This document shows positions 53,569 through 62,751 of a stretch of 64,000 bases of DNA, in pieces. The notes under the pieces are model-generated. The model was not told where the DNA came from. It made no database searches and saw only the letters and a list, made by a program, of their open reading frames with translations. This DNA comes from an uncultured bacterium (GTDB taxonomy: Bacteria > Patescibacteriota > Minisyncoccia > UBA6257 > GWB1-50-10): NCBI GenBank assembly GCA_963722655.1, contig CAVRNT010000001.1, forward strand, positions 313,808-377,807, given 5' to 3'. The position numbers and the translations under genes are program-made. How positions within the stretch are numbered: the stretch's first letter is position 1; each line of letters opens with the position of its first letter.

Positions 53569-55389
53569 ATGAAAAAACTCATCAAATTCATCGGCGCGCA
53601 CAAAGTGATCGCCGTCATCCTCCTCCTCATCATCGTTTACGGCGGCTATCGGCTGTACGCCTCGCTCACTTCGACGGCGGGCGTGACGAGCTACGTGCTT
53701 GCTTCGGCGACGAAGGGGACGATCGTCTCCACGGTCTCGGGGAGCGGGCAGGTGGCGACGACCCAGCAAGTGAACGTGACGCCCCAAGTCTCGGCCCAAG
53801 TGACCGCCATTCTCGTCCAGAACGGCCAAACGGTTAAAGCAGGCCAGGTGATCGCCCGTTTGGACGCGACCAACCAGATCAAAGCGGTGGATAGCGCTCA
53901 GGCCTCGCTCCAAAACGCCCAAATCTCGCTCGAAAAGCTCCAAGCCCCGCCGACGACATCGACGATCGCGCAAGCGCAATACAGCTTGCTCCAGGCTCAG
54001 CAATCCATTCAGAACTCCTCGACGACGCTCTCCAAGGATTATTTGAACGCCGGCAACTCCATTGCGAGCGCTTATAACGATTTTCCCGGCGTCATTTCCG
54101 GCTTGGGTGACGTTCTTTACGGCAATGAAGCTAGCTCAAAACAGCAGAACGTCTACGCTTACCACGACCTGGCCCTGCCGTATTCCGAATCCGTCGACCA
54201 GTTCAGCCAAAGCGCCGTCACGAGCTACGTGAGCGCGCTCGCAAGCTATAACCAAAGTTTCCTTGATTACAAGAATCAGCTGGACCCCTCGGCCACCTCC
54301 TCCATCGAGTCGATGCTCACCGAGACCTACGGAGCCGCCCAAGCCATCAAGCAGGCCGTGGTCAACGTCAAGAATTTCATGGACTTCGTGAACAGCACCC
54401 TCCAGAGCCAGGGCAACGGCGGTGGTTCTACGAGCGGCTATGCCAAGCAGCTGCCGGCCGTTTTCGCAACCCAGGAAACGAACCTGGCGGCCTACCTGAC
54501 GACTGTGAGCGGCGACGTTTCTGGGATACTCACCTATGAGAACACGCTTGCTTCGGACAAGAGTTCCATCCTGGCGGCGCAGCAGAATCTCGTTACTCAG
54601 CAAGCCTCTTACGCGGAAATGGAAGCCGGCCCGAACCCGCTGGACGTCCAGTCCGGCCAATTGGCGATCGAGCAAGCTCAAAATAACCTAACCGACGCGC
54701 AGAATACTTTGGCAGATTACACGATCCGCGCGCCTTTCGACGGCATAGTCGCGAGCGTCGGCGTTTCGGTGGGGGACAATGCTTCGGGGGGGACGACGAT
54801 CGCGACGCTCATTACCCAGCAGCAATATGCCGAGATTCCTTTGAACGAGGTGGACGCCGCGAAGGTCGCGGTCGGACAAAAGGCGACCTTGACCTTCGAC
54901 GCTCTGCCGAACCTCACGATCGCCGGCCACGTGACGGAGATCGACACGATCGGCACAGTCTCTCAGGGAGTTGTGACCTACAACGCCCAAGTGGCGCTCG
55001 ACACGCAGAATTCCGGCATCAAGCCGGGGATGTCGGTTTCGGCGGACATCGCGACAAACGTGGCGACGGACGCGCTTGATGTGCCGAACGCGGCCGTGAA
55101 ATCCCAAAATCAGACCTATTACGTTCAATACGTGGCTTCCAGCTCCATCGCGCAGACGCTGCCGGATGGAAGTGTGGTCTTGAACGCCGCGCCCGAAACG
55201 AGGACTGTCACCGTCGGCATCGCAGACGATACGAACACCCAAATATTGAGCGGTTTGAACGAAGGTGACCAAGTTGTCCTGCGGACCGTTGCGCCGTCCG
55301 TCGGGACGACCCAAGCGGCCGCGCCCTCAGGTGGGGGCTTGGGCGGCCTGGGCGGCGGTGCCAGCCGCGTTTTCCGCATCGGCGGTTAG
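53569..55389 (+). CDS. MacA/HlyD-like membrane fusion protein with very long alpha-helical hairpin
   Basis: VSGSGQV, V.NGQTVKAGQVIARLD, IRAPFDG, NEVDAAKVAVGQ, IKPGMS, VPNAAV, SGLNEGD. Confidence 0.9.
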   Translation: MKKLIKFIGAHKVIAVILLLIIVYGGYRLYASLTSTAGVTSYVLASATKGTIVSTVSGSGQVATTQQVNVTPQVSAQVTAILVQNGQTVKAGQVIARLDATNQIKAVDSAQASLQNAQISLEKLQAPPTTSTIAQAQYSLLQAQQSIQNSSTTLSKDYLNAGNSIASAYNDFPGVISGLGDVLYGNEASSKQQNVYAYHDLALPYSESVDQFSQSAVTSYVSALASYNQSFLDYKNQLDPSATSSIESMLTETYGAAQAIKQAVVNVKNFMDFVNSTLQSQGNGGGSTSGYAKQLPAVFATQETNLAAYLTTVSGDVSGILTYENTLASDKSSILAAQQNLVTQQASYAEMEAGPNPLDVQSGQLAIEQAQNNLTDAQNTLADYTIRAPFDGIVASVGVSVGDNASGGTTIATLITQQQYAEIPLNEVDAAKVAVGQKATLTFDALPNLTIAGHVTEIDTIGTVSQGVVTYNAQVALDTQNSGIKPGMSVSADIATNVATDALDVPNAAVKSQNQTYYVQYVASSSIAQTLPDGSVVLNAAPETRTVTVGIADDTNTQILSGLNEGDQVVLRTVAPSVGTTQAAAPSGGGLGGLGGGASRVFRIGG

Positions 55390-55396
55390 CATTTCA

Positions 55397-56122
55397 ATGA
55401 TAGAATGCCGGAACATCAAAAAGACCTACGTCTCTGGCGGGGAAGCGACGACCCAAGCGCTTAGAGGCGTCACCTTTTCCATTAAGGACGGCGAGTTCAT
55501 CGCCATTATGGGCCCTTCGGGCTCGGGCAAGTCCACCCTGATGCATATTCTGGGCGCTTTGGACACGCCGACCTCCGGGGAGTATCTGATCGATGGCCGC
55601 AACATCGCCTCGTTTTCGGACGACGAATTGGCCGACATCCGCCGTGAGAAGATCGGTTTCGTCTTCCAGGCCTTCAATCTTTTGCCGCGGGCGACGGTCC
55701 TCCGGAACGTAATGCTCCCAATGCTCTATGACGGCATTCCCGAGCACGAACGGCAAAAGCGCGCCGTGAAGGCCCTCAAGGCCGCCGGCATGGACGAGGA
55801 ACATTTCAACCACCTTTCGAACCAGATCTCGGGCGGGCAGATGCAGCGCGTTGCCATCGCCCGGGCGCTCGTGAACGATCCAGCGATCATCCTCGCCGAC
55901 GAGCCGACCGGCAATTTGGACACGGCGACGGGCGAAATAGTTCTGGAAACCTTCCAAGAATTGAACGAGAAGGAGGGGCGGACGATCGTCCTCATCACGC
56001 ACGAACATGACGTCGCCGAGTACGCGGCCCGCATCATCCACATCAAAGACGGTCTCATAGAGGAGGACAGTTCTCGCCACGTGCGTCGCCGGGCGAGCGC
56101 CCACCATCATCACGAAGCATGA
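55397..56122 (+). CDS. ABC transporter ATP-binding protein (MacB/LolD type)
   Basis: GPSGSGKST, GFVFQAFNLL, ISGGQMQRVAIARAL, LADEPTGNLD. Confidence 0.95.
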   Translation: MIECRNIKKTYVSGGEATTQALRGVTFSIKDGEFIAIMGPSGSGKSTLMHILGALDTPTSGEYLIDGRNIASFSDDELADIRREKIGFVFQAFNLLPRATVLRNVMLPMLYDGIPEHERQKRAVKALKAAGMDEEHFNHLSNQISGGQMQRVAIARALVNDPAIILADEPTGNLDTATGEIVLETFQELNEKEGRTIVLITHEHDVAEYAARIIHIKDGLIEEDSSRHVRRRASAHHHHEA

Positions 56123-57342
56123 AATTCAACGACCTTTTCGAGGAGACGTATCTTGCCCTTTCCGTGAACAAGGCCCGGTCCGGCCTCACTATTTTAGGCA
56201 TTGTGATCGGCATCGGTTCGGTGATCGCAATGGTCTCGGTGGGCGCCGGCGCCCAGGGTTCTATCGAATCCAGTATTCAGGCCATCGGCTCCGACCTCCT
56301 GTTTATCTCCCCCGGTTCCACCCGCGGCGTGGGCCAACAGGTCCGGGGCGGTTTCGGCAGCGCGACGACATTGACCTTGGATGACGCGAATGCGATCGCT
56401 TCGCAAGTCCAAAATATCGCCGCCGTCGCGCCGGAGGACGACGCGCGCGAGCAGGTGATTTACGAGTCGCAGAACACCAACACCCAGATCACTGGCACGG
56501 AACCAGACTACACCCAAGTACGGAACGTTCAAATCGCTGAAGGCAGTTTTTTGAGCGACGCGGACATTCAGGGATTAAATAAAGTAGCTGTCTTGGGCCC
56601 CACGGCCGTGAGCGACCTCTTTGCGACCGGCACCGATCCGATCGGAGCGACGATCCGCATCAAGAACATCAACTTTAAGGTCATCGGCGTCACAGTTTCG
56701 AAGGGGGGTAGCGGCTTCGGCAGCCAGGACGACGCAATTTACGTCCCGCTCACGGTCGCCCAGCGTTTCCTCACGGGCCACAATTACGTGACGACGGTGA
56801 GCGTGGAGGTGGCGACATCCCAAGCGATGACCCAGGCCCAAACTGACATAACGAACCTTCTCCTTCAGAGGCACAACATCTCCGACCCGACCCAGGCCGA
56901 CTTCCAGGTCTTGAACCAGGCGGACATATTGCAGACTGCCTCCTCCGTGACCGGCACCTTCACGACGCTCCTCGCGGCCATCGCCGGCATCTCGCTCCTT
57001 GTGGGCGGCATCGGCATTATGAACATGATGCTCACGACCGTCACGGAGCGCACGCGCGAGATCGGCCTCCGAAAGGCGATTGGCGCGAAGCGAAAAGACA
57101 TCAGCGCCCAGTTCCTGATGGAGGCGGTGATGCTTACAGTCGTAGGCGGCGTTTTAGGCGTCTTTCTTGGGTATCTCATATCGCTCATCATCACGAGCTT
57201 CGCCGGTATCACGACGAACGTTTCCTTCGAATCGGTCATCCTCGCCTTCGGCGTTTCGGCCGTGATCGGCATCGTCTTCGGCTACTATCCCTCCCGCCGC
57301 GCGGCCGGACTCAATCCCATAGAAGCTTTGAGATATGAATAA
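56119..57342 (+). CDS. MacB-type ABC transporter permease
   Basis: RSGLTILGIVIGIGSV, VGGIGIMNMM, ERTREIGLRKAIGA, PIEALRYE. Confidence 0.95.
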   Translation: MKFNDLFEETYLALSVNKARSGLTILGIVIGIGSVIAMVSVGAGAQGSIESSIQAIGSDLLFISPGSTRGVGQQVRGGFGSATTLTLDDANAIASQVQNIAAVAPEDDAREQVIYESQNTNTQITGTEPDYTQVRNVQIAEGSFLSDADIQGLNKVAVLGPTAVSDLFATGTDPIGATIRIKNINFKVIGVTVSKGGSGFGSQDDAIYVPLTVAQRFLTGHNYVTTVSVEVATSQAMTQAQTDITNLLLQRHNISDPTQADFQVLNQADILQTASSVTGTFTTLLAAIAGISLLVGGIGIMNMMLTTVTERTREIGLRKAIGAKRKDISAQFLMEAVMLTVVGGVLGVFLGYLISLIITSFAGITTNVSFESVILAFGVSAVIGIVFGYYPSRRAAGLNPIEALRYE

Positions 57343-57365
57343 AGGTCGTCACAACGAACAATAAA

Positions 57366-57812
57366 ATGAAGAAACACATAGTTATAACCATCGTCGTAGC
57401 GGTTGTCGTGGGCGTAGGCGCCTTCTTCGGCGGGATGGCCGTCGGGAGATCGTCCTCGGCCGCCAACCTGCGCGGACAGTTCGCCGCTTTCCGGAACGGC
57501 ACGAGCACCGGTTTCACGAGGAACGGCGGGCAGGGCGCCGGGCTCTTGACCGGGAGCGTGATCGCGAAGGATGCCCAGAGTATCACGATCCAGGACCGGA
57601 CCGGCAGTTCGCACATCGTCTTCTACGCGACCTCGACCCAGGTCTCCAAACCGACGCCGGTTACGATCGGCGACTTGAACGTCGGCGACAACGTGACGGT
57701 CACGGGCACGTCCAATTCGGACGGCAGTTTGACCGCCCAGACGATCGATGTTCGCGGCAACCAGCCGCCCACGGGCGGGACCCAAGCCCCGATGATGCCG
57801 GCCGGGCAATAG
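57366..57812 (+). CDS. Single-TM DUF5666-like protein
   Basis: AFFGGM, G.VIAKD..SITI, DLNVGDNVTVTG..NSDGSLTAQTI. Confidence 0.75.
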   Translation: MKKHIVITIVVAVVVGVGAFFGGMAVGRSSSAANLRGQFAAFRNGTSTGFTRNGGQGAGLLTGSVIAKDAQSITIQDRTGSSHIVFYATSTQVSKPTPVTIGDLNVGDNVTVTGTSNSDGSLTAQTIDVRGNQPPTGGTQAPMMPAGQ

Positions 57813-57824
57813 CTTCGTGAACTG

Positions 57825-57848
57825 AAACTCCCCGAAAGGGGAGTTTTT
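57825..57848 (+). terminator. Intrinsic terminator
   Basis: AAACTCCCC-GAAA-GGGGAGTTT followed by TT. Confidence 0.8.
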
Positions 57849-58028
57849 GATTATCCACAGGATGTGAACGGCTAACGTTGACGCGCCGTAAAGACGGGTT
57901 TAGCATACCTACGTATAAAAGGCCGAGGGAGGGGAAAGAAAAGACCTAGAATAACCTCTTAGAGAACAATGTCCGTGGGTGCAAAAAATCGGTTTCGTCG
58001 ACCGGTAACCCGCGGATGAAACAAACAA

Positions 58029-60521
58029 ATGAAAACAATCAAATATAGTGGTGGCAATGTCACCAAAGTCGTAATGTTCGCGGCCGCAACCTTTCTAGTG
58101 TGCGGTTTTTTGTTTCTTGGTAACGTCGCGAAGGCAGATGCTGATCTCATTCTTACGGTTCAATCAACTGCAACCATCATTCAATCTTCTGCTTTGGTCC
58201 CTGAAACAAATGGCTTACCTAGCGGTGGCAATGCTACCGTTGATAACGCAGTCGCGGGTCTTACGCCGATCCCAGTGACCCTGGAGAATACCAGCAACAC
58301 CGACTATACTAATGTCCGCATTAGCCCGATTGGCGCTAATTCGCACCTCCAGCTTTGGGCAAAAGATTCACTTGGGAATTGGTACGACACTAATATCACT
58401 GGTTGGGGACCCGTGGGAGGATTTCCAGTGCCAGCCGGATTTAGCACCACCACTGACGTTTACGCGATTTCCGATGTAGCAAACTCATACGCCTTAACTG
58501 TAAATTTGATAGATGCTGGCAATTCAACGGTTATCGCGACTTCAACGGGGATAATTACCGTGAATGCGCCGCCCACACTGACCTCTGCCACTATTACCAG
58601 CGATGGTTCACCCATTGGCGATCTTACCGGTGCCACGCTTATAACAAATAATTCCGGCTCTTGCGGTGGCAGCGGTGCAGGTTTTTGCCATGTCTTGAAT
58701 GCTAGTAGCGTAGTGGTGACCAATGGCCCTTTGTCAGCACAGGATTATGGATTTGTCTTGCAAGCCTCTTCCACGCAACAAGCTGCCCTCAAATCTTACT
58801 TTGGCGCGAAAGAAGGATGGTCATCGGATATGCTAACTCAAATCGACAGCGAAATTAACGGTACTTCTTCTTTCTTCTATCTTGTTTCCGATGGTAGCGG
58901 AAACTACAGCTTGGCTGACGGATTCCAGAAAGCATTGGAGGCAGACGACCAGCCGTTAGTCATTGACGACACTTATCCTCCCGGAGTTTACACGTACACG
59001 AGCGTAGATGCGGTTGGTGCCAACCCGGTGACCGTGACTTTGACGGTCAAGAGGACGCTGACCGTAACAGGCATAACGGCAAACGATAAGGTATACGATG
59101 GGACCACGGAGGCCACACTCAACACCGCTGGCGCAACGCTTGTGGGCGTTAGTAGCGAAGACGATGTTAGTCTTAACACCTCAACTGCTGTCAGTACCTT
59201 TGATACAAAGGATATTGGCACCGGAAAAACAGTGACCGTTTCCGGTCTGGCTCTTGGCGGCGATGACGCGGGCAACTATTCTCTTACCCAGCCGACGGCG
59301 ACGGCAGATATAACACCGGTTGTGCTTGCCATCGCGGCTGATTCCAAAACCAAGAACTACGGAGATACTGATCCGGTCTTAACCTACGCGATAACGTCTG
59401 GCTCATTGGTTGGCGGGGATACGCTCGCGGGCGCGCTTGCCCGCGATGCGGGCGAAAACCCCGGCACCTATGCTATCAATCAGGGCGCGCTTTCCGCCGG
59501 GAGCAATTACAGCATCACGTTTATCACAGGTACGCTGACGATTCGCAATTCTCTTCCGTTGACGACCGCGCCAAATTCCGACGGGTCGCTATCGGCTACC
59601 ATGACTGGTGAAGTAGCGGCATCCACAAACGCCAACGGGATTGACATTACCGTTGACATCCCAGCAGGAACGGGGATAACCGGACCTTCGTCATGGAATA
59701 GTACACTCACACTTCCCGGAGTCACCACGAACTACGTGGCGCCGACGCCTGACTCTGGCTATACTGCTTCAGCTATTGAAGCGATTGAAATCGGAGCAGG
59801 CGATACGCCGCTTAGCTTGAGTAACCCGGTCAAACTCACATTCGTGGGACAGGCGGGCAACTACGTCGGCTGGTCGCAGGCGGGCGTGTTCCATCCAATA
59901 ACGGCCGTATGCGATTCAGCAAGCGCGCCCACCCTAACCGATGGCGCAGACTGCAAGATAAACAACGGTTCTGATCTGATCGTCTGGACGAAGCACTTCA
60001 CCGTCTTCACTACATACACGCAGTCGCCCATTCTAGTTCCTACTCTACTGGGCGGCGGCGGGGGATATATCCCGACGGCAGCGCCGGTAGTTCCGACAGC
60101 CACTCCGGTGACAACGGCTCCGACCGGCCAGGTCTTGGGCGTTTCGACCTTCCGGTTCACACAGACGCTTAACATCGGCTCGCAAGGTGATGAGGTGACT
60201 CAACTCCAGAATAAGCTGACCACCGAAGGCATCTACTCCGGTCCGATTACCGGCTACTTCGGTCCGCTGACTCAAGCCGCCGTGAAGGCCTTCCAAGCGA
60301 AATACGGTATCTCTCAAACTGGGACTGTAGGTCCGCTCACGAGGGGCCAGCTGAACAGTTTAGTGGCAACTGCGCAGCCTTCGGCCGGTCAGGTTTTAGG
60401 CGCCTCAACGAACGCCGCAACGCAGGCGCAGATAACCGTGATTAAGACACAGCTAACCTCCCTGATTCAGCAGGTTCTGACGCTTCTCCAGGCACAGTTA
60501 AATCAGGCAACTGGCCATTAG
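58029..60521 (+). CDS. Large surface protein with YDG and MBG repeats and a C-terminal peptidoglycan-binding domain
   Basis: Signal peptide; ANDKVYDGTT...GNYSL (YDG); KNYGDTDP.LTY...GE.PGTYAI (MBG); IVWTKHFT; LNIGSQGDEVTQLQ...GYFGPLTQAAVKAFQ (PG_binding_1). Confidence 0.85.
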   Translation: MKTIKYSGGNVTKVVMFAAATFLVCGFLFLGNVAKADADLILTVQSTATIIQSSALVPETNGLPSGGNATVDNAVAGLTPIPVTLENTSNTDYTNVRISPIGANSHLQLWAKDSLGNWYDTNITGWGPVGGFPVPAGFSTTTDVYAISDVANSYALTVNLIDAGNSTVIATSTGIITVNAPPTLTSATITSDGSPIGDLTGATLITNNSGSCGGSGAGFCHVLNASSVVVTNGPLSAQDYGFVLQASSTQQAALKSYFGAKEGWSSDMLTQIDSEINGTSSFFYLVSDGSGNYSLADGFQKALEADDQPLVIDDTYPPGVYTYTSVDAVGANPVTVTLTVKRTLTVTGITANDKVYDGTTEATLNTAGATLVGVSSEDDVSLNTSTAVSTFDTKDIGTGKTVTVSGLALGGDDAGNYSLTQPTATADITPVVLAIAADSKTKNYGDTDPVLTYAITSGSLVGGDTLAGALARDAGENPGTYAINQGALSAGSNYSITFITGTLTIRNSLPLTTAPNSDGSLSATMTGEVAASTNANGIDITVDIPAGTGITGPSSWNSTLTLPGVTTNYVAPTPDSGYTASAIEAIEIGAGDTPLSLSNPVKLTFVGQAGNYVGWSQAGVFHPITAVCDSASAPTLTDGADCKINNGSDLIVWTKHFTVFTTYTQSPILVPTLLGGGGGYIPTAAPVVPTATPVTTAPTGQVLGVSTFRFTQTLNIGSQGDEVTQLQNKLTTEGIYSGPITGYFGPLTQAAVKAFQAKYGISQTGTVGPLTRGQLNSLVATAQPSAGQVLGASTNAATQAQITVIKTQLTSLIQQVLTLLQAQLNQATGH

Positions 60522-60544
60522 CGGCTTGAAAAAGGCCTGATGCC

Positions 60545-60574
60545 AAGAACGCCCCTAAAGGGGGCGTTCTTTTT
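60545..60574 (+). terminator. Intrinsic terminator
   Basis: AAGAACGCCCC...GGGGCGTTCTT followed by a T-run. Confidence 0.7.
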
Positions 60575-60608
60575 GACGGATTTCGGGTTTAGTGATATAA
60601 TTGAAAAA

Positions 60609-61544
60609 ATGTTAGGGAGATCTTTCAAGAAATACTTCATTCCGCACGAGGGGAACGACCACAGACCCCATTTTTTGAGGTCAAAAAGTTTCGTCGTCAT
60701 CCTTTTCCTGATCCTTTTCGTGGAAGTGGTTTATGTCTCCCAGGTTCTTTTCCTTTTCCCGAACGCCGGCTTTCTCGCCTCTATCCTGCCGTCCGTCCTC
60801 GTCGCCGACACGAATGCTGGAAGAACGGCCAATGAACTTCAGCCGCTTCAAGCCAACGACCTCTTGGAAGAGGCCGCCCAGCTCAAGGCCGACGACATGG
60901 CCGCAAAGGGTTACTTTTCCCACGTGAGCCCCAACGGCGAGACGCCGTGGTACTGGTTGGATAAGGTCGGTTACGACTATGAATATGCCGGGGAGAATCT
61001 GGCGGTTAACTTCACTGATTCGCAGGATGTCATTAACGCTTGGATGAACTCGCCGGAGCACCGGGCCAATATTTTGAACGGTATTTTTTCGCAGATTGGC
61101 ATCGCCGCCGCGAGCGGGACATATGAAGGGAAAACGGCGATCTTTGTGGTCCAATTCTTCGGCCGACCGGCCCCGGTCGTCGCGCAGGCACCGGTTATGC
61201 CGAGTAAGACCGTTGCCGTCGCGCCGATCGCACCGTCTACATCATCCGCTTCAACTGCGACAGTACCGGCGGTCAAAGGCGAGATGATAGCACTCCAACC
61301 GGTGGTCACGGCCAGCCAGCCGTCCTTGGCCGTGGAGATCGCATCCCAGCCGCACTCGCTGACCAACTATTTTTACATTACGCTTTTGGCTCTGACCGGC
61401 TTGGCTCTCGTCCTGACCGTGTTCGTTAAGATAAAGATTCAACACCCGCAGCTCATCGTGAACGGTCTCACGATCATCTTCCTCATCACTCTCACCCTGC
61501 TCGTCAATAATTTCATCGCCGTTTATCAGGCAAGTATTCTCTGA
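60609..61544 (+). CDS. CAP/SCP domain membrane protein
   Basis: YFIPHEGNDHRPHFLR, KADDM..GYFSH, AGENLA, AWMNSPEHRANIL; promoter TTGACG-17-TATAAT at 60573. Confidence 0.9.
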   Translation: MLGRSFKKYFIPHEGNDHRPHFLRSKSFVVILFLILFVEVVYVSQVLFLFPNAGFLASILPSVLVADTNAGRTANELQPLQANDLLEEAAQLKADDMAAKGYFSHVSPNGETPWYWLDKVGYDYEYAGENLAVNFTDSQDVINAWMNSPEHRANILNGIFSQIGIAAASGTYEGKTAIFVVQFFGRPAPVVAQAPVMPSKTVAVAPIAPSTSSASTATVPAVKGEMIALQPVVTASQPSLAVEIASQPHSLTNYFYITLLALTGLALVLTVFVKIKIQHPQLIVNGLTIIFLITLTLLVNNFIAVYQASIL

Positions 61545-61561
61545 AGTCCCACGAAACCCGT

Positions 61562-62530
61562 ATGAAGTTTGAGCCTGGTTTTTGGGCGGAACTCAAGAAG
61601 CCCATTCTTGCGATGGCGCCGATGGCGAACGTCACGGATGCCGCTTTCCGCTGGATGTTCGCTGACCTCGGCCGGCCGGACGTCTTTTGGACAGAGTTCG
61701 TTTCCGTCGAGGGGCTGCTTTCGGCTGGAAAGGAGAAGCTCCTCGTCGACCTTTGGTACGACAAGCGGGAGCATCCCATCGTCGCCCAGGTCTTCGGCGG
61801 CAAGCCGGAGCAGTTTGAGCGCGTTGGCGCGCTCATCCGCGAACTCGGCTTCGACGGCTTGGACATCAATATGGGATGTCCGGACAAGAGCGTCGAAAGG
61901 TCAGGTGGGGGAGCGGCGCTCATCAAGGACCTAGAGCTGGCGAAAGAGATAATCCGGGCGGCGAAGCGTGGCGCGGGGAAGTTGCCGGTCTCCGTGAAGA
62001 CCCGCATCGGCTACAACAAGGACGAATCTGCGAAATGGCTGCCGGCCTTGCTTGAAGAAGGCATCGCGGCGCTCACGGTCCATCTGCGCACCCGGAAGGA
62101 GATGTCCGCCGTTCCGGCCCACTGGGAAATCGCGCCGTCCATCGTCTCAATGCGGAATCGCATCGCGCCGGAGACGCTTCTGATCGGAAACGGCGACATA
62201 GAAGCTCTCGATGAAGCCAAAACGCGCGCCAAGGAAGCCGGCTTCGACGGCGTGATGATCGGCCGGGGTGCTTTCGGCAACCCGTGGTTCTTCTCTGGGC
62301 GCAGGCCGGACGTTCGCGAACGGCTGGAGCGTTTAGTGATGCACGCCGAGCTTTTTGAAAAACTTTACAAAAGCGATTCGCCGGAACGTTTAAAAATCTT
62401 TGACATCATGAAGAAGCACTTCAAGGCCTACGTTTCCGGATTTGATAAGGCAAGGGAGTTGCGCGTGAAGCTTATGGAAGCGGGGAACGTTGCGGATGTC
62501 CGCCGGATCGTGAGCGAGTTCTTGCGTTGA
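61562..62530 (+). CDS. dus: tRNA-dihydrouridine synthase
   Basis: MAPMANVTD, DINMGCP, SVKTRIG, VHLRT, GNGDI, DGVMIGRG. Confidence 0.93.
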   Translation: MKFEPGFWAELKKPILAMAPMANVTDAAFRWMFADLGRPDVFWTEFVSVEGLLSAGKEKLLVDLWYDKREHPIVAQVFGGKPEQFERVGALIRELGFDGLDINMGCPDKSVERSGGGAALIKDLELAKEIIRAAKRGAGKLPVSVKTRIGYNKDESAKWLPALLEEGIAALTVHLRTRKEMSAVPAHWEIAPSIVSMRNRIAPETLLIGNGDIEALDEAKTRAKEAGFDGVMIGRGAFGNPWFFSGRRPDVRERLERLVMHAELFEKLYKSDSPERLKIFDIMKKHFKAYVSGFDKARELRVKLMEAGNVADVRRIVSEFLR

Positions 62531-62567
62531 AAAAATGGATTCCCCGCACTACAATCAAGTTCAGTTT

Positions 62568-62652
62568 GGAGGGGTCGCATAGCGGTTTAGTGCACCATCT
62601 TGGAAAGGTGGCATGCCGAAAGGCATCGAGGGTTCGAATCCCTCCCCCTCCG
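62568..62652 (+). tRNA. tRNA-Ser(GGA)
   Basis: GGAGGGG acceptor, CCATC-TTGGAAA-GGTGG anticodon arm, long variable arm, GGTTCGAAT T-loop, G discriminator. Confidence 0.95.
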
Positions 62653-62751
62653 CAGTCTAGGCTCGAGTATCGGAAGACCTTTTTGTCTATCTTTTTAGTG
62701 CGACCGACACGCCCAACGATGATTTTTTAAAAGGGGGGTATAATTCAAAAC

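Noticed and set aside
57851-57859. Perfect DnaA box TTATCCACA (plus imperfect ones near 5220 and 15868)
   Set aside because: These are isolated boxes with no cluster and no dnaA/dnaN nearby, which is insufficient to call oriC.
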